DNA of 64,000 nucleotides from Promethearchaeota archaeon (GCA_016839555.1 JAEOUA010000006.1:448001-512000), one strand, 5' to 3'; numbered from the stretch's first letter, positions 18,995 through 29,663 are shown. Notes: a model not told the origin generated them from the letters alone. Program-made: numbers and translations.

Positions 18995-19759
18995 TTGAGA
19001 AAAAAGATCATAGGCGGTAATTGGAAAATGAATCGAGGAGCACCTCAAGATGCTAAAGATATGTTGGAAAAATTAATACCGCTAGTAAAAGATATTGATA
19101 ATGTTGATATTGTTATAGCTCCTCCATTTACATCTCTTACAGCAGCAAATATTTTACTTAATACAAACATCAAAATAGGAGCTCAGAATATGTATTTTGA
19201 AGATAAAGGAGCCTTCACCGGCGAGATATCTCCAAAATTTTTAAAGGCTTTAAATATTGAATATGTGATATTGGGACATAGCGAAAGAAGGAATATTTTT
19301 AATGAAACAGATGATCTTATAAATAAAAAGCTTAAAAAAGCACTACAAGAGGGGTTAAATCCAATAGTTTGTATTGGGGAACATCTAGAAGAAAGGGAGG
19401 CAGGAAAGACGAAAGATATTATTAAAACTCAAATGGATAAAACCTTTTTCGGTTTGAACAAAAAACAAATGCTTGATACTGTCATAGCATATGAACCTAT
19501 ATGGGCGATAGGAACAGGAAAAACTGCCACACCAGAACAAGCGGATGAGGTCCATGAGTATATTAGAAAGTTATTAAATGGAAAATATGACGCTGAAACC
19601 GCAAATAGTGTAAGAATTCAATATGGAGGATCTATTAAACCTGATAATGCCCTCGAGCTTTTTCAGAAAGAGAATATTGATGGAGGATTAGTAGGAGGGG
19701 CTTCATTAGAAGCAGAATCGTTATATGCTATAATTAAGGCTGCCGTAAAGAGTAAATAA
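18995..19759 (+). CDS. tpiA: Triosephosphate isomerase, bacterial/eukaryotic type
   Basis: GGNWKMN, GAFTGEIS, GHSERR, AYEPIWAIGTG, YGGS, GGLVGGASL. Confidence 0.97.
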   Translation: MRKKIIGGNWKMNRGAPQDAKDMLEKLIPLVKDIDNVDIVIAPPFTSLTAANILLNTNIKIGAQNMYFEDKGAFTGEISPKFLKALNIEYVILGHSERRNIFNETDDLINKKLKKALQEGLNPIVCIGEHLEEREAGKTKDIIKTQMDKTFFGLNKKQMLDTVIAYEPIWAIGTGKTATPEQADEVHEYIRKLLNGKYDAETANSVRIQYGGSIKPDNALELFQKENIDGGLVGGASLEAESLYAIIKAAVKSK

Positions 19760-19806
19760 ATAAGTTCAATTCTTTTATTTTTATTAAAAAGAGCATATAA
19801 TCGATA

Positions 19807-20658
19807 TTAACTTAATATATCGTTAAATTCCGAGGTTAATTTGGCGGGAAATTCGCCTAAATATGAATTGGGTTCTGTTACTAACAAATAATAGTAAGAT
19901 TCAAAAAGCTTTTCGACCGTTATTCCAATTCCACTATTAATTAAAAAAACCCAACATTGTTTATTCTCAATAAAAGATTGCCGATATTTCCATTCAAAAG
20001 GATCGATTCTTGGAATATTACCAATATTTCTGAGAATTTGATTGATATTCTCTAAAAAGTATTCATCTTTATTTGAATAGCAGATTAAAGGAGAGAGATC
20101 TATAGAAGTAACAATAATTGCCTTTAAACCATATGTGTCCATTTCACTTAGAAATCTGTTTGCAGTTTTTTCTATTTCCTTCTTATATTTCATTAAATGA
20201 TTCTTTGCTTCTACATCTGTTAAAATGTTAACAATTTCTGTCTCTTCAAAATAATCTATTTCATCCGCAGAATCTAAAGGAATTTTTGGATAAATAAAAT
20301 TGTGGTAAATTAAATTTATTTTTTTGGCGATTTGTTCGTGAAAAAGATAGGATTCCGTGGTAGTTGTTATTAGTACATCTGCTTTATCAACGCTTAAATT
20401 ACTTCCCTCTTCATTTTTTTTTGTTACAAATTCTAGTATGTCTATTTTTTTATCTATGCTATTTGAGAAATTAAATAATGCTGACACTAATCCCGCTCTG
20501 AGTTCAAATTTTGTTTCTGTTTGTTCAGGTATTTTTTTAGTATCTGAAAAATCGAAAAATCTTAAAAAAACTTTTACTCCTTTAGGAACTGGTTTAATTT
20601 CATGATTATAATAAGGAAAACCATGCGTAGAGATTATTGAAAAATCATAATATGTCAA
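19807..20658 (-). CDS. Longin/roadblock-like two-domain protein
   Basis: FSIISTHGFPYY...LRAGLVSALFNF (longin-like pattern), followed by GLKAIIVTSIDLSPL (roadblock/profilin-like pattern). Confidence 0.45.
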   Translation of the reverse strand: MTYYDFSIISTHGFPYYNHEIKPVPKGVKVFLRFFDFSDTKKIPEQTETKFELRAGLVSALFNFSNSIDKKIDILEFVTKKNEEGSNLSVDKADVLITTTTESYLFHEQIAKKINLIYHNFIYPKIPLDSADEIDYFEETEIVNILTDVEAKNHLMKYKKEIEKTANRFLSEMDTYGLKAIIVTSIDLSPLICYSNKDEYFLENINQILRNIGNIPRIDPFEWKYRQSFIENKQCWVFLINSGIGITVEKLFESYYYLLVTEPNSYLGEFPAKLTSEFNDILS

Positions 20659-20793
20659 GTTTATTTTTCTCTCAAAGTATCACTTGATATAAAATAATTA
20701 TATTAATTTATATAAAAAAATACATAGGTTTCGAATTAACACGAAATTTTTTTCATAAAAAGGGTTTCAAAATGTATAAAATCAGATAAAAAA

Positions 20794-21408
20794 TTAATAT
20801 GATACACTCACTAATTGAGTACCACGAATTTTATATTGTTTATCAATATAAATCAATAGGGCATGGCCCGAATGAACGTAAACGAGAGGGGTTGTAGGTG
20901 TGAGTAATTTTTCAATAAGAGATTTTTTTATAATTATCTGAAAAGTTTTATTACACCCTTTACAAGTAACTAAAGATGCTTTTATTAAATCGAGATTTTT
21001 GAAATTTTTTAAAGAATCTAGAAATACCTCATTAAATCCGTTAAAGATAGTACATGAGGAATCCCCATAGCTATAACAAGAAGTTAAGAGTGATTCATCA
21101 TACATATCGAAAAAAGTTTCTATTAGATATTCTAATAGTGCTTCTAAAATCTGTGATTGTATTGTCGGTTGAGCCCCTAAAGTAAAGATTGTATCTTTAT
21201 GAATAAAATAGACAATAGTTATATCTGGATTTGGAATTGAACAAAAAATGTCCTTATGAGGAGCATTTCTAATGAGTTTAATTTGAAAATATGCGGATTT
21301 ATGGTAATTTTCAGAGGCCCAATAGAAATAACTATCATCGCTTTTATAAGATGAGATATTAAAGAAAAGAGTGTTTTCAAAAAGGTCTATATTTCGCAAC
21401 TTTGTCAT
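20794..21408 (-). CDS. Hypothetical protein with a C-terminal CxxC...H..H metal-binding module
   Basis: VTCKGC...VYVHSGHALLIYIDKQYKIRG. Confidence 0.6.
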   Translation of the reverse strand: MTKLRNIDLFENTLFFNISSYKSDDSYFYWASENYHKSAYFQIKLIRNAPHKDIFCSIPNPDITIVYFIHKDTIFTLGAQPTIQSQILEALLEYLIETFFDMYDESLLTSCYSYGDSSCTIFNGFNEVFLDSLKNFKNLDLIKASLVTCKGCNKTFQIIIKKSLIEKLLTPTTPLVYVHSGHALLIYIDKQYKIRGTQLVSVSY

Positions 21409-21500
21409 AATATATTTCTATGAATAATTATAATATAATTAGTATTTATATTTAGAGTAAAGTAATTTTATTAATAATTAATCTGTCGATTAATAAAATA

Positions 21501-24314
21501 CTATAATATTAATATAGAGGGTCTCCCCGGAAAGGCTTTAGCTGCCTTTTCTTCTTTTGCTTTATTTTCAAAAGATATAATCACAGTTGAATTAAATTTA
21601 TCTTCGATAATTGATTTAATATCTTTAAAAAAATTAAATTCCTTTTCAGAAGTTAAGCAATATTCCGGATATTTTCCAATATTATTTAACACATCCTTTA
21701 CGTTCTGACTAATAAACTTAGCATACGGTTTAAATTCAGAATTCTTCATCAATTCTTTCATTATTTTACCTTGGTTTCTTGTTTTTTCTAAGAGCTTCAT
21801 TAATTTACTATAAAATTTATATTTCCAATCAGCAGCAATAAAAATATTTATTTCTTTAATAGAATCCTTGTTTAATACCTGCTTAATATTCTTTATATCA
21901 TCTATAGTATTATTCATTAAATTCCATTTAAAATTATTCTCCTCTGTAAGTAGATTTTTATTATAGGTGGGCCATTTCTTTAAGCTCACATATGGCTTTT
22001 TTCCAAGGAAATTCCAAATTTCCTCCGTCATGTGGGGTACGATAGGATGGAAGAGTAAGGTGAGCGTTTCTCTACATTCATTAAAGATTTTTAAATTTAT
22101 CCCTTCTTCCTTATATTTCTTCAGTTCTGAGGTAAACTGTATTATGTTATTTACAGCATCCCTTATTTTCAAGTTTCTTAAACTTTTGGTTATTTCTTGG
22201 ATGGTTTTATTTAAATAGTATTTCATTAATGTATCTCTCACATTTTCTGTCTTTCTTAGTTTAGGTGGATCTTCTGCCAACAAATGATAATTACTTTTAA
22301 TAAACTTCGAAGCAAAACCCACTCCTTCTTCAGACCATTCTAGACTTGATTTCGGACTCGCTCCGAATAAGATAAAAAATCTTGCAGCATCAGCACCATA
22401 ATGTTCAATAATTTCATTTGGATCCACTGTGTTGCCATAACTTTTAGACATTTTAACGCTTTTTAAAATATATTTAGTATTACAAATCTTACATTTTTTA
22501 TCGTGCATTTCTGCTTTCATTGCAAATCTATCACATTTTTGACAATAGGGATGGAGTTTATTGATCATACCCTGGGTTAAAAGTCTTTGAAATGGCTCAT
22601 CATGATTATGAAGCCCTAGATCTCTTGATACTTTCGTAAAGAACCTCGCATAGATAAGATGCATTACCGCATGCTCAATGCCCCCAATATATTGATCTAC
22701 ATTTCCCCAATAATTTACAATCTCTTTATCATAAGGTAAATCACTTTCAAGAGAAGGGGGATCACAGAAAGCAAAAAAATACCAAGAGCTATCTATAAAT
22801 GTATCCATAGTATCCGTTTCTCTTTTGGCTGGTTTACTACATCTTGGACATTTTTTATTAATAAAACTCTCACTTGTTTCTAAAGGATTTCCAGATCCCG
22901 TAAAAACAACATCTTTTGGCAAATGAACCGGTAGATCTTCATAGGGTACGGGAACTATACCGCATTTATCACAATATATTATAGGAATGGGACATCCCCA
23001 ATATCTTTGACGAGAAATCCCCCAATCTCTTAATTTATAATTTATAGTAGCTTCTCCCATCCCTTTTTTCTCTAATTTTTCTGTGATAGCATCAACAGCG
23101 TTGCGATTTTCCATACCATTGAATTCTCCGGAATTCACTAAAGTTCCATCTCCTTCATACGCTCGTGTCATTTTCTCGGCATTTATTTCATAATCGTAAG
23201 GTTGTATCACGACTTTTATGGGAATATTATATTCTTTTGCAAATTCGAAATCTCGCTGATCATGAGCAGGCACAGCCATAACAGCCCCCGCTCCATATTC
23301 ATAGATTACAAAATTTCCTATATAAACTGGAACCTTTTCTTCCGTCATCGGATTGATTGCATATTTTCCTATGAACATCCCTTTTTTTTCTATTTCAATA
23401 TCTGTTCTTTCGAATTTATTTTGCATCATTACTTCTTTATATAAAGATTTAAATTGATCTTCATATTTCTTCCCTTTTACCCATTCAGAAACCCAGGGGT
23501 GTTCTGGGGCGAACACCATAAAGGTCACACCATATAGAGTGTCAGGTCTTGTCGTAAAAATATCAATTGTTCTTTTTTCTCCGATAATGGGAAATTTAAT
23601 GATGGTACCTTCAGAGCGCCCTATCCAGTTCCTTTGCATACTTTTCACTTTTTCCGGCCACTCTACAATATTTAGTCCTTCTAACAGTTCATCTGCGTAA
23701 TCTCTAATTTTTAAAAACCATTGTGATAAAAATTTCTGTTCTACATCGGAATTGCAACGCCAACATTTTCCTCCTTGCGCTTGCTCATTTGCTAATACAG
23801 TTTCACATTTTGGACACCAGTTTACATATGAATCCTCTTTATAGGCAAGCCCTTTTTCCAACATTTTTAGAAAGAACCATTGATCCCATTTATAATAATT
23901 AGGATTGTGGCTATAAACCTCTCGTGTCCAATCATAAGAAAGACCGATTTGTTTTTGCTGTTCCTTCATTGTTTTAATATTTTTATCTGTCCATTGCTCT
24001 GGATTTGCTCCATGATCTATTGCCGCATTTTCTGCAGGCATCCCGAATGAATCGTAGCCCATAGGATATAACACATTAAATCCATTCATTCGTTTAAATC
24101 GAGCAAAACAATCGCCGATCGTATAATTACGAAGATGACCCATATGTAATTTTCCAGAAGGATATGGATACATTTCTAATACATAATATTTTTCTTTATT
24201 AGAATCCATATTCACTTCGAATATTTTATCCTTCTCCCATTTTTTTTGCCATTTCTTTTCTATTTTTTGCGCATTATATTCAATATCATTCATTTTTATC
24301 ATTAAATTTCTCAT
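21501..24314 (-). CDS. leuS: Leucyl-tRNA synthetase (bacterial-type core, archaeal-type C-terminal domain)
   Basis: EMYPYPSGKLHMGH, FTTRPDTLYG, MAVPAHDQRD, RDWGISRQRYWG, GGIEHA, KMSKS; ends KAFPGRPSILIL. The start may be a downstream ATG (24293). Confidence 0.97.
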   Translation of the reverse strand: MRNLMIKMNDIEYNAQKIEKKWQKKWEKDKIFEVNMDSNKEKYYVLEMYPYPSGKLHMGHLRNYTIGDCFARFKRMNGFNVLYPMGYDSFGMPAENAAIDHGANPEQWTDKNIKTMKEQQKQIGLSYDWTREVYSHNPNYYKWDQWFFLKMLEKGLAYKEDSYVNWCPKCETVLANEQAQGGKCWRCNSDVEQKFLSQWFLKIRDYADELLEGLNIVEWPEKVKSMQRNWIGRSEGTIIKFPIIGEKRTIDIFTTRPDTLYGVTFMVFAPEHPWVSEWVKGKKYEDQFKSLYKEVMMQNKFERTDIEIEKKGMFIGKYAINPMTEEKVPVYIGNFVIYEYGAGAVMAVPAHDQRDFEFAKEYNIPIKVVIQPYDYEINAEKMTRAYEGDGTLVNSGEFNGMENRNAVDAITEKLEKKGMGEATINYKLRDWGISRQRYWGCPIPIIYCDKCGIVPVPYEDLPVHLPKDVVFTGSGNPLETSESFINKKCPRCSKPAKRETDTMDTFIDSSWYFFAFCDPPSLESDLPYDKEIVNYWGNVDQYIGGIEHAVMHLIYARFFTKVSRDLGLHNHDEPFQRLLTQGMINKLHPYCQKCDRFAMKAEMHDKKCKICNTKYILKSVKMSKSYGNTVDPNEIIEHYGADAARFFILFGASPKSSLEWSEEGVGFASKFIKSNYHLLAEDPPKLRKTENVRDTLMKYYLNKTIQEITKSLRNLKIRDAVNNIIQFTSELKKYKEEGINLKIFNECRETLTLLFHPIVPHMTEEIWNFLGKKPYVSLKKWPTYNKNLLTEENNFKWNLMNNTIDDIKNIKQVLNKDSIKEINIFIAADWKYKFYSKLMKLLEKTRNQGKIMKELMKNSEFKPYAKFISQNVKDVLNNIGKYPEYCLTSEKEFNFFKDIKSIIEDKFNSTVIISFENKAKEEKAAKAFPGRPSILIL

Positions 24315-24548
24315 TAGTTATATAAGAGCGTATCTTTAATGAAGAAATATAAAATAGAATAAATTTTTTTCTAAATAGCTTGTTTATTATAGAAAAAATT
24401 AAAAGTAAGAGTAAATGGAAAAAATTTCTTTCATTTTTTAATTAAGTTTTTTATTTTCAGAGATATTATAAATTCAATTTTTTATTCAATTTTATATTAA
24501 ATTTGAAGTCTCTTGTTTTTTTTCTAACCAAGAAAATTAATTTATATT

Positions 24549-25034
24549 ATGTTAAGAGATTACGAAATAACTAAATTTTTGGACTCAAAGGAAGAGCAAA
24601 ATAAAGAGATTTCAAAAGAATCTTTAAAAAAATATGACAATATCAAAACATATAAAAATCAAGTTTATATGGGAATGAAGGTTGGTGGAGAACATTATTG
24701 GAATTATGATGATGGAAAATGGTATGAAATTAAAAATTCTCCGAATAAATGGAAATTTACATTCAATTGTGTAAAAAATAGAATTAATTATGCTCCTCCA
24801 AATAGTGGGGCACATGTTGGAACAAAATATCATTGGTTCATAATTGCTGATCAAATTGCAGAAAAATTAAATGCTAATTCCTATATGACCACTATGAAAG
24901 GAGTAAAATATAAAATCGGCCATAAAAGAGAATATTGGAAGAAATTTAGTTATGAATATTCTGAACAGAAGAGTTATAAAGAGCAGGTCATTCAGGTCTT
25001 AGAAGAAACTTTAGCTTTACTAAAAAAAGAATAA
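24549..25034 (+). CDS. Conserved-looking hypothetical protein
   Basis: Aromatic-rich beta protein: YMGMKVGGEHYWNYDDGKW...SGAHVGTKYHWFIIADQ...YKIGHKR. Confidence 0.65.
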   Translation: MLRDYEITKFLDSKEEQNKEISKESLKKYDNIKTYKNQVYMGMKVGGEHYWNYDDGKWYEIKNSPNKWKFTFNCVKNRINYAPPNSGAHVGTKYHWFIIADQIAEKLNANSYMTTMKGVKYKIGHKREYWKKFSYEYSEQKSYKEQVIQVLEETLALLKKE

Positions 25035-25073
25035 TCAAATGGGATTAATCTTATAATAATTGATTTCTCTTTT

Positions 25074-26159
25074 TTAGATTTTACTATCCCATATTCTTTT
25101 AATTTGAAGTGCTTTTTTAAAATATTTTTCGATGGTATCTACCGTATCATTGAAGTCATGTAATTCTCTGGCTTTTTTATTAGCATTTTTTATTAATTTT
25201 TCTCGATACTTTGAATCTGATAAAAGTAATTTAATTCCTTTAATAAAATCTTCTGCATTCTTTCCTTTATATGCAGAATAATCATGTTCTAACCAATTAA
25301 ATACCTCGATATCTCTCGCCACAATGGGCAAATTGGATAAAGAAGCTTCTATAAGGGGCAAACATAGATTTTCTTCATCCGATGTACATAAAAAGATATC
25401 AGCGCCATAATAAGGTTCTCTAATATCGTCATAGTAACCAGTAAATATCATATTATTTATTTTAGACACATCCTCTATATCCGGATCATTTTCTAATGGT
25501 CCTACCCAGACAAAATAATATTCTGGAAACACTTTTGCAACTTCTCCAAAAGTATCTACCCTTTTTCTTTTCCATATAAGACCCACATTTAAAATGATTA
25601 CTGCATTCAGTGGAACTCCGAAATTTCTATTAAGGTATTTTCGAAAATTAGGTCTATATTCTTTCTTTTCCTCAAATTTATCAATAATCATTCCACTGCT
25701 TACAGACCATATGGGATATGTCCTTGTTTTTTGAACTGCTTCTAAGAGCTTTTTAGCATAATCACTAGGAGTCATTAATAAATGGGCTTGACTATATAGG
25801 ATTTTTATCCAATATTTTAAGATTTTATTAATGATAGGATTATCTGGCAAAATATTGCCTTTCAGATCTTCATAGGTTGTATGGGCGTGCTGAACTACGG
25901 CAGCTGTCTCTTTGAATTTGCTTTTATATCTATATAATTGATAAAAAGTAAGCGGATCAAAACTAGAAGAACAAATAATATCCACTTCACCATCATCAAC
26001 CCAACCCGGTTTTTTCTGCTCTGAAGGAACCCAAACATTATGACCCCTGTTTCTCAATTCTTCTATGATCCAATTGGTTGTAACTTCAATCCCGCCTATT
26101 ATTTTGATGTTAGAAAACATCTTGTAAATATAGAAATTTTTAATATATATAATATTCAA
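25074..26159 (-). CDS. Glycosyltransferase family 4
   Basis: GGIEV, HAHTT, VSSG, RKRVDTF, EENLCLPLIEA..PIVARDI. Confidence 0.85.
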   Translation of the reverse strand: MNIIYIKNFYIYKMFSNIKIIGGIEVTTNWIIEELRNRGHNVWVPSEQKKPGWVDDGEVDIICSSSFDPLTFYQLYRYKSKFKETAAVVQHAHTTYEDLKGNILPDNPIINKILKYWIKILYSQAHLLMTPSDYAKKLLEAVQKTRTYPIWSVSSGMIIDKFEEKKEYRPNFRKYLNRNFGVPLNAVIILNVGLIWKRKRVDTFGEVAKVFPEYYFVWVGPLENDPDIEDVSKINNMIFTGYYDDIREPYYGADIFLCTSDEENLCLPLIEASLSNLPIVARDIEVFNWLEHDYSAYKGKNAEDFIKGIKLLLSDSKYREKLIKNANKKARELHDFNDTVDTIEKYFKKALQIKRIWDSKI

Positions 26160-26298
26160 TCAATTCAACTCTTTCGAGAAATTTATTACTAATTCAACTA
26201 TATTGATTTTTATGTAATTAGTAAATAATAATAGTTTTATATGAATCTTATGAATTCTGTGAAAAAAATTTAACTTCTCTGAGAAATTATTTAAAATA

Positions 26299-27303
26299 AT
26301 GGGTATTGAGAAAATAAGAGTCTCATTCGGAAGTGCAGTAAAATTAGGATTAATTTCAAATAAAAAAATAGATGAATATCCAACAACTTGTTATTTAATG
26401 ACCTATATACCTGGAAAATGCGCAGCTAATTGTGGTTTTTGTCCACAAGCTAGAGGTTCCCATAGTTCTATTGATAAACTTTCCAGAATTATATGGCCTG
26501 TATTTGATTTAAAAGAAGTATTAACAAAATTAAGATATCTTATATCTTCAGACCGCTTTGAAAGGATCTGCACACAAACGCTAAAGTATCCTAAAAATTT
26601 TGATGATCTAGTAGAAATAATTTCGAAATTAAAAGAGAGTACTTCCACCCCTATTTCAATAGCAATTCCCCCTATGTCTAATGAAGAATTATTTCAACTG
26701 AAGTCTTTAGGAGTGGAGAGGGTTGGAATTGCTTTTGATGCTGCAACCCCAGAAATTTTCAATAAAATAAAAGGGAAGGAAATAAATGGACCATATGACT
26801 GGAACACTCACTATGAATGCATAAAAGAAGCCTTAAAAATATTCTCTAAAGGGTTCGTTTCAACACATATAATTGTTGGATTGGGAGAAACACAAGAAGA
26901 AATAATTAACTTAATTGATGAATTAAATAAATTAGAGGTATTGCCCGCATTATTTGCATTTATGCCCATAAGAGGGACACAATTAGAAAATTTGGAACGC
27001 CCAAAGATAATAGATTTCAGAAAAATTCAGCTCGCACGATATTTACTCATCCATAATAAGAAATCAATAAAGGATGTAACATTTAATCGGAAAGGAGAAA
27101 TAATTAATTTTAACATAAATAAACGAGAATTATCAAACATAATAGATGAAAGTGTGGCATTTATGACTACCGGTTGTCCAAGTTGCAACAGGCCTTATTA
27201 CACCTCAAGACCTTCTGGTCCTATCTATAATTACCCTCGAATCTTACAAGAATCAGAAAAGAAGAAGATTTTTGAACAATTAAAATTGTTTGTTAAACTA
27301 TAG
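26299..27303 (+). CDS. lipS2: Radical SAM lipoyl synthase component LipS2
   Basis: CAANCGFC plus C-terminal TTGCPSCNRP, the TxGCPxC(N/D)RP signature of LipS2; adjacent to the ligase and LipS1. Confidence 0.82.
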   Translation: MGIEKIRVSFGSAVKLGLISNKKIDEYPTTCYLMTYIPGKCAANCGFCPQARGSHSSIDKLSRIIWPVFDLKEVLTKLRYLISSDRFERICTQTLKYPKNFDDLVEIISKLKESTSTPISIAIPPMSNEELFQLKSLGVERVGIAFDAATPEIFNKIKGKEINGPYDWNTHYECIKEALKIFSKGFVSTHIIVGLGETQEEIINLIDELNKLEVLPALFAFMPIRGTQLENLERPKIIDFRKIQLARYLLIHNKKSIKDVTFNRKGEIINFNINKRELSNIIDESVAFMTTGCPSCNRPYYTSRPSGPIYNYPRILQESEKKKIFEQLKLFVKL

Positions 27304-27312
27304 GTTTTATTT

Positions 27313-28092
27313 ATGGAAGAATGGAGATTTTTGCCATTAGAAATAAGAGATGGTTTTTGGAATATGGCGTTAGATGAAACTATCTTGAGAGCAGTAATTG
27401 AGAAAAAATCGCTAAATACCATACGCTTATATAAATGGAACCCCTCCACTGCGTCTATTGGCAGAAATCAAAGTTTGAATGATGAAGTGGATACAAAATT
27501 TTGTGAAAGGAAGGGATTTAATGTAGTGAGAAGGATTACTGGTGGAGGGGCTGTATTCCATGATAAAACGGGTGAAATAACATATTCTATAGTATGCCCA
27601 TTAAGCTTTTTGAAAAATTTAAATGCTATTAAAGTATTAGATCAGTATGAAATAATAACCCAAGGCATCATTTCTGGCTTAAATCTTTATGGAATAAAAA
27701 CTGAAACAGGACAAATTCATTGCCCAGCACTGTTTTTCAAAGGGAAAAAGTTTTCGGGGAATGCTCAAGTAAGAAAGAAGGGGCATCTTTTACAGCATGG
27801 TACTATATTATTAGAAATTGATTCAAATTTAATGTATTCCGTATTAAAAACCCCTCCAAATATTTCAAAGAATAGAATGATACGATCTGTAAGAGCAAAA
27901 TGTATAGGAATTAAAGAAAATCTTAAGAATTTTGATGAAAAACACTTCATATATGCATTGAAAAAAGGTTTTGAAAAAACTTTAAGAATTAAATTAAGTA
28001 TAGGGCAATTCTCTCAATTAGAATTAGATTTGGCAAAAAAACTAGTAGAAGAGAAATATAAAAGAGATTCGTGGCTAAAAAGATATGAATAA
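27313..28092 (+). CDS. Lipoate-protein ligase/octanoyltransferase (LplA/LipM family)
   Basis: NMALDE, VVRRITGGGAVFHD, KKFSGNAQ, LQHGTIL. Confidence 0.9.
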   Translation: MEEWRFLPLEIRDGFWNMALDETILRAVIEKKSLNTIRLYKWNPSTASIGRNQSLNDEVDTKFCERKGFNVVRRITGGGAVFHDKTGEITYSIVCPLSFLKNLNAIKVLDQYEIITQGIISGLNLYGIKTETGQIHCPALFFKGKKFSGNAQVRKKGHLLQHGTILLEIDSNLMYSVLKTPPNISKNRMIRSVRAKCIGIKENLKNFDEKHFIYALKKGFEKTLRIKLSIGQFSQLELDLAKKLVEEKYKRDSWLKRYE

Positions 28093-29143
28093 AAGTAATG
28101 AGATTAATGAAATTCTAGAAAAATTTAATGCAAATAGAGCTTCTTGGGAAGATTTCTCTAAATTTATCGAATTTGATTTTGATAATCTGGAAAGATTTTT
28201 TGAAATCACTCAAAAAGTAAAATTAGAAAATTTTAATAATGAATTAAAGATTTATGTACCTGGAGAGAGATTTCCTGCGATAAGTATTACAGGAAATGAA
28301 TGTGAATTACATTGTGAGCATTGTGATGGAAAATATTTAAAGGGCATGATATCCATTCGAGATAATAAAAAATTAGAGAAGTTTTTGATTAATCATAATA
28401 AGAATGGCGGAGTAGGTATCCTTATTTCTGGAGGGTGTTTATCAGATGGTTCAGTTCCTATATTTAATTATTTAGAAACCATTAAAAAAATAAAAAAAAG
28501 AACAAATTTAATTATTAATGCGCATACAGGGCTATTGAATAAGGAAACAGCAAAAAAACTAATAGAAGCAAAAGTTGATATAATATCTTTTGATGTCAAT
28601 TTAGATTCAGAGATCATCAGAAATATTTATCATTTAAAAAAAGAATTAGAGGATTATAAAAAAGCTATTGATTTATTAAGATCATATAATTTGAATATCG
28701 TCCCTCATGTCTGTATAGGGTTATATTATGGAAATCTTCACAAGGAATTAGATTCCATAAAATTCATAAAAGAATCAGGATTACATCCTTCTCTGATTGT
28801 TTTTATTGCTTTAATCCCCCCAAATAAGAATGAATTTAAAACACCTACTTCTCTTGATATCTCAAAAATTATTGGAATTACTAGGATAATTTTTCCTAAA
28901 ACTGAAATTTCCTTGGGATGCATGCGTCCACGAAAGAAATTTAGGGAACAAATTGAATTAAATTCATTCAAAGCAGGGATAAATAGAATTGAAATGCCCT
29001 CCGCAAAAACTTTACAAAAGATAAAGAAAATTTATCCTGAGATCAAATTTAAATATTTTTCTGCATGCTGTGCACTTCCTATAAAACATGAATCCTTGGC
29101 AAAAACGAATAAATCAGAAATAAAAAGATATATGAGAATTTAA
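28085..29143 (+). CDS. lipS1: Radical SAM lipoyl synthase component LipS1
   Basis: SITGNECELHCEHC, ISGGC, LGCMRP and C-terminal ACC, the GC(M/A)R and CC signatures of LipS1. Confidence 0.82.
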   Translation: MNKSNEINEILEKFNANRASWEDFSKFIEFDFDNLERFFEITQKVKLENFNNELKIYVPGERFPAISITGNECELHCEHCDGKYLKGMISIRDNKKLEKFLINHNKNGGVGILISGGCLSDGSVPIFNYLETIKKIKKRTNLIINAHTGLLNKETAKKLIEAKVDIISFDVNLDSEIIRNIYHLKKELEDYKKAIDLLRSYNLNIVPHVCIGLYYGNLHKELDSIKFIKESGLHPSLIVFIALIPPNKNEFKTPTSLDISKIIGITRIIFPKTEISLGCMRPRKKFREQIELNSFKAGINRIEMPSAKTLQKIKKIYPEIKFKYFSACCALPIKHESLAKTNKSEIKRYMRI

Positions 29144-29221
29144 GAATTTAATTATTATTATTCCTTATATTACTCAAATTGATTTGAAGAATTTTAATAA
29201 TTATATGAAATAATTGAAATT

Positions 29222-29656
29222 ATGGAAAATTTAGAGCTCATTAAAGAGAAATTTAAGCAGGATAATTTTGCTAAAAATTTTGGGATTGTTTTAGATGATA
29301 TAACAGAAGATTCCGTAAAAATGCACATGAAACTTACTCCTAAGATGAATAATTTTGATGGCAGACCACATGGGGGCGCTATCTATGGTTTAGCGGATGC
29401 TGCTTTTTCTGTTATTGGTAATAATAGAAATAATATTTGTGTGGCTTTAGATTGTAATATAAATTATTATGCAAGTCCTGATCCCGGAAAAATTTTGTAT
29501 ATTGATGGAGAACTAATAAAACAAACCAAAAGAATAGGAACATATATCTTTTCTTTATATACTAAAGAAAATAATAGCAAAAAAAAGATAGCAACGATGA
29601 TTAGTTCTTTATACTGCACAGGAAAACCTCATAATCCTAATTTAAAAGTAGGATAA
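29222..29656 (+). CDS. PaaI family hotdog thioesterase
   Basis: NFDGRPHGGAIYGLADAAF. Confidence 0.9.
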   Translation: MENLELIKEKFKQDNFAKNFGIVLDDITEDSVKMHMKLTPKMNNFDGRPHGGAIYGLADAAFSVIGNNRNNICVALDCNINYYASPDPGKILYIDGELIKQTKRIGTYIFSLYTKENNSKKKIATMISSLYCTGKPHNPNLKVG

Positions 29657-29663
29657 TAATTTA

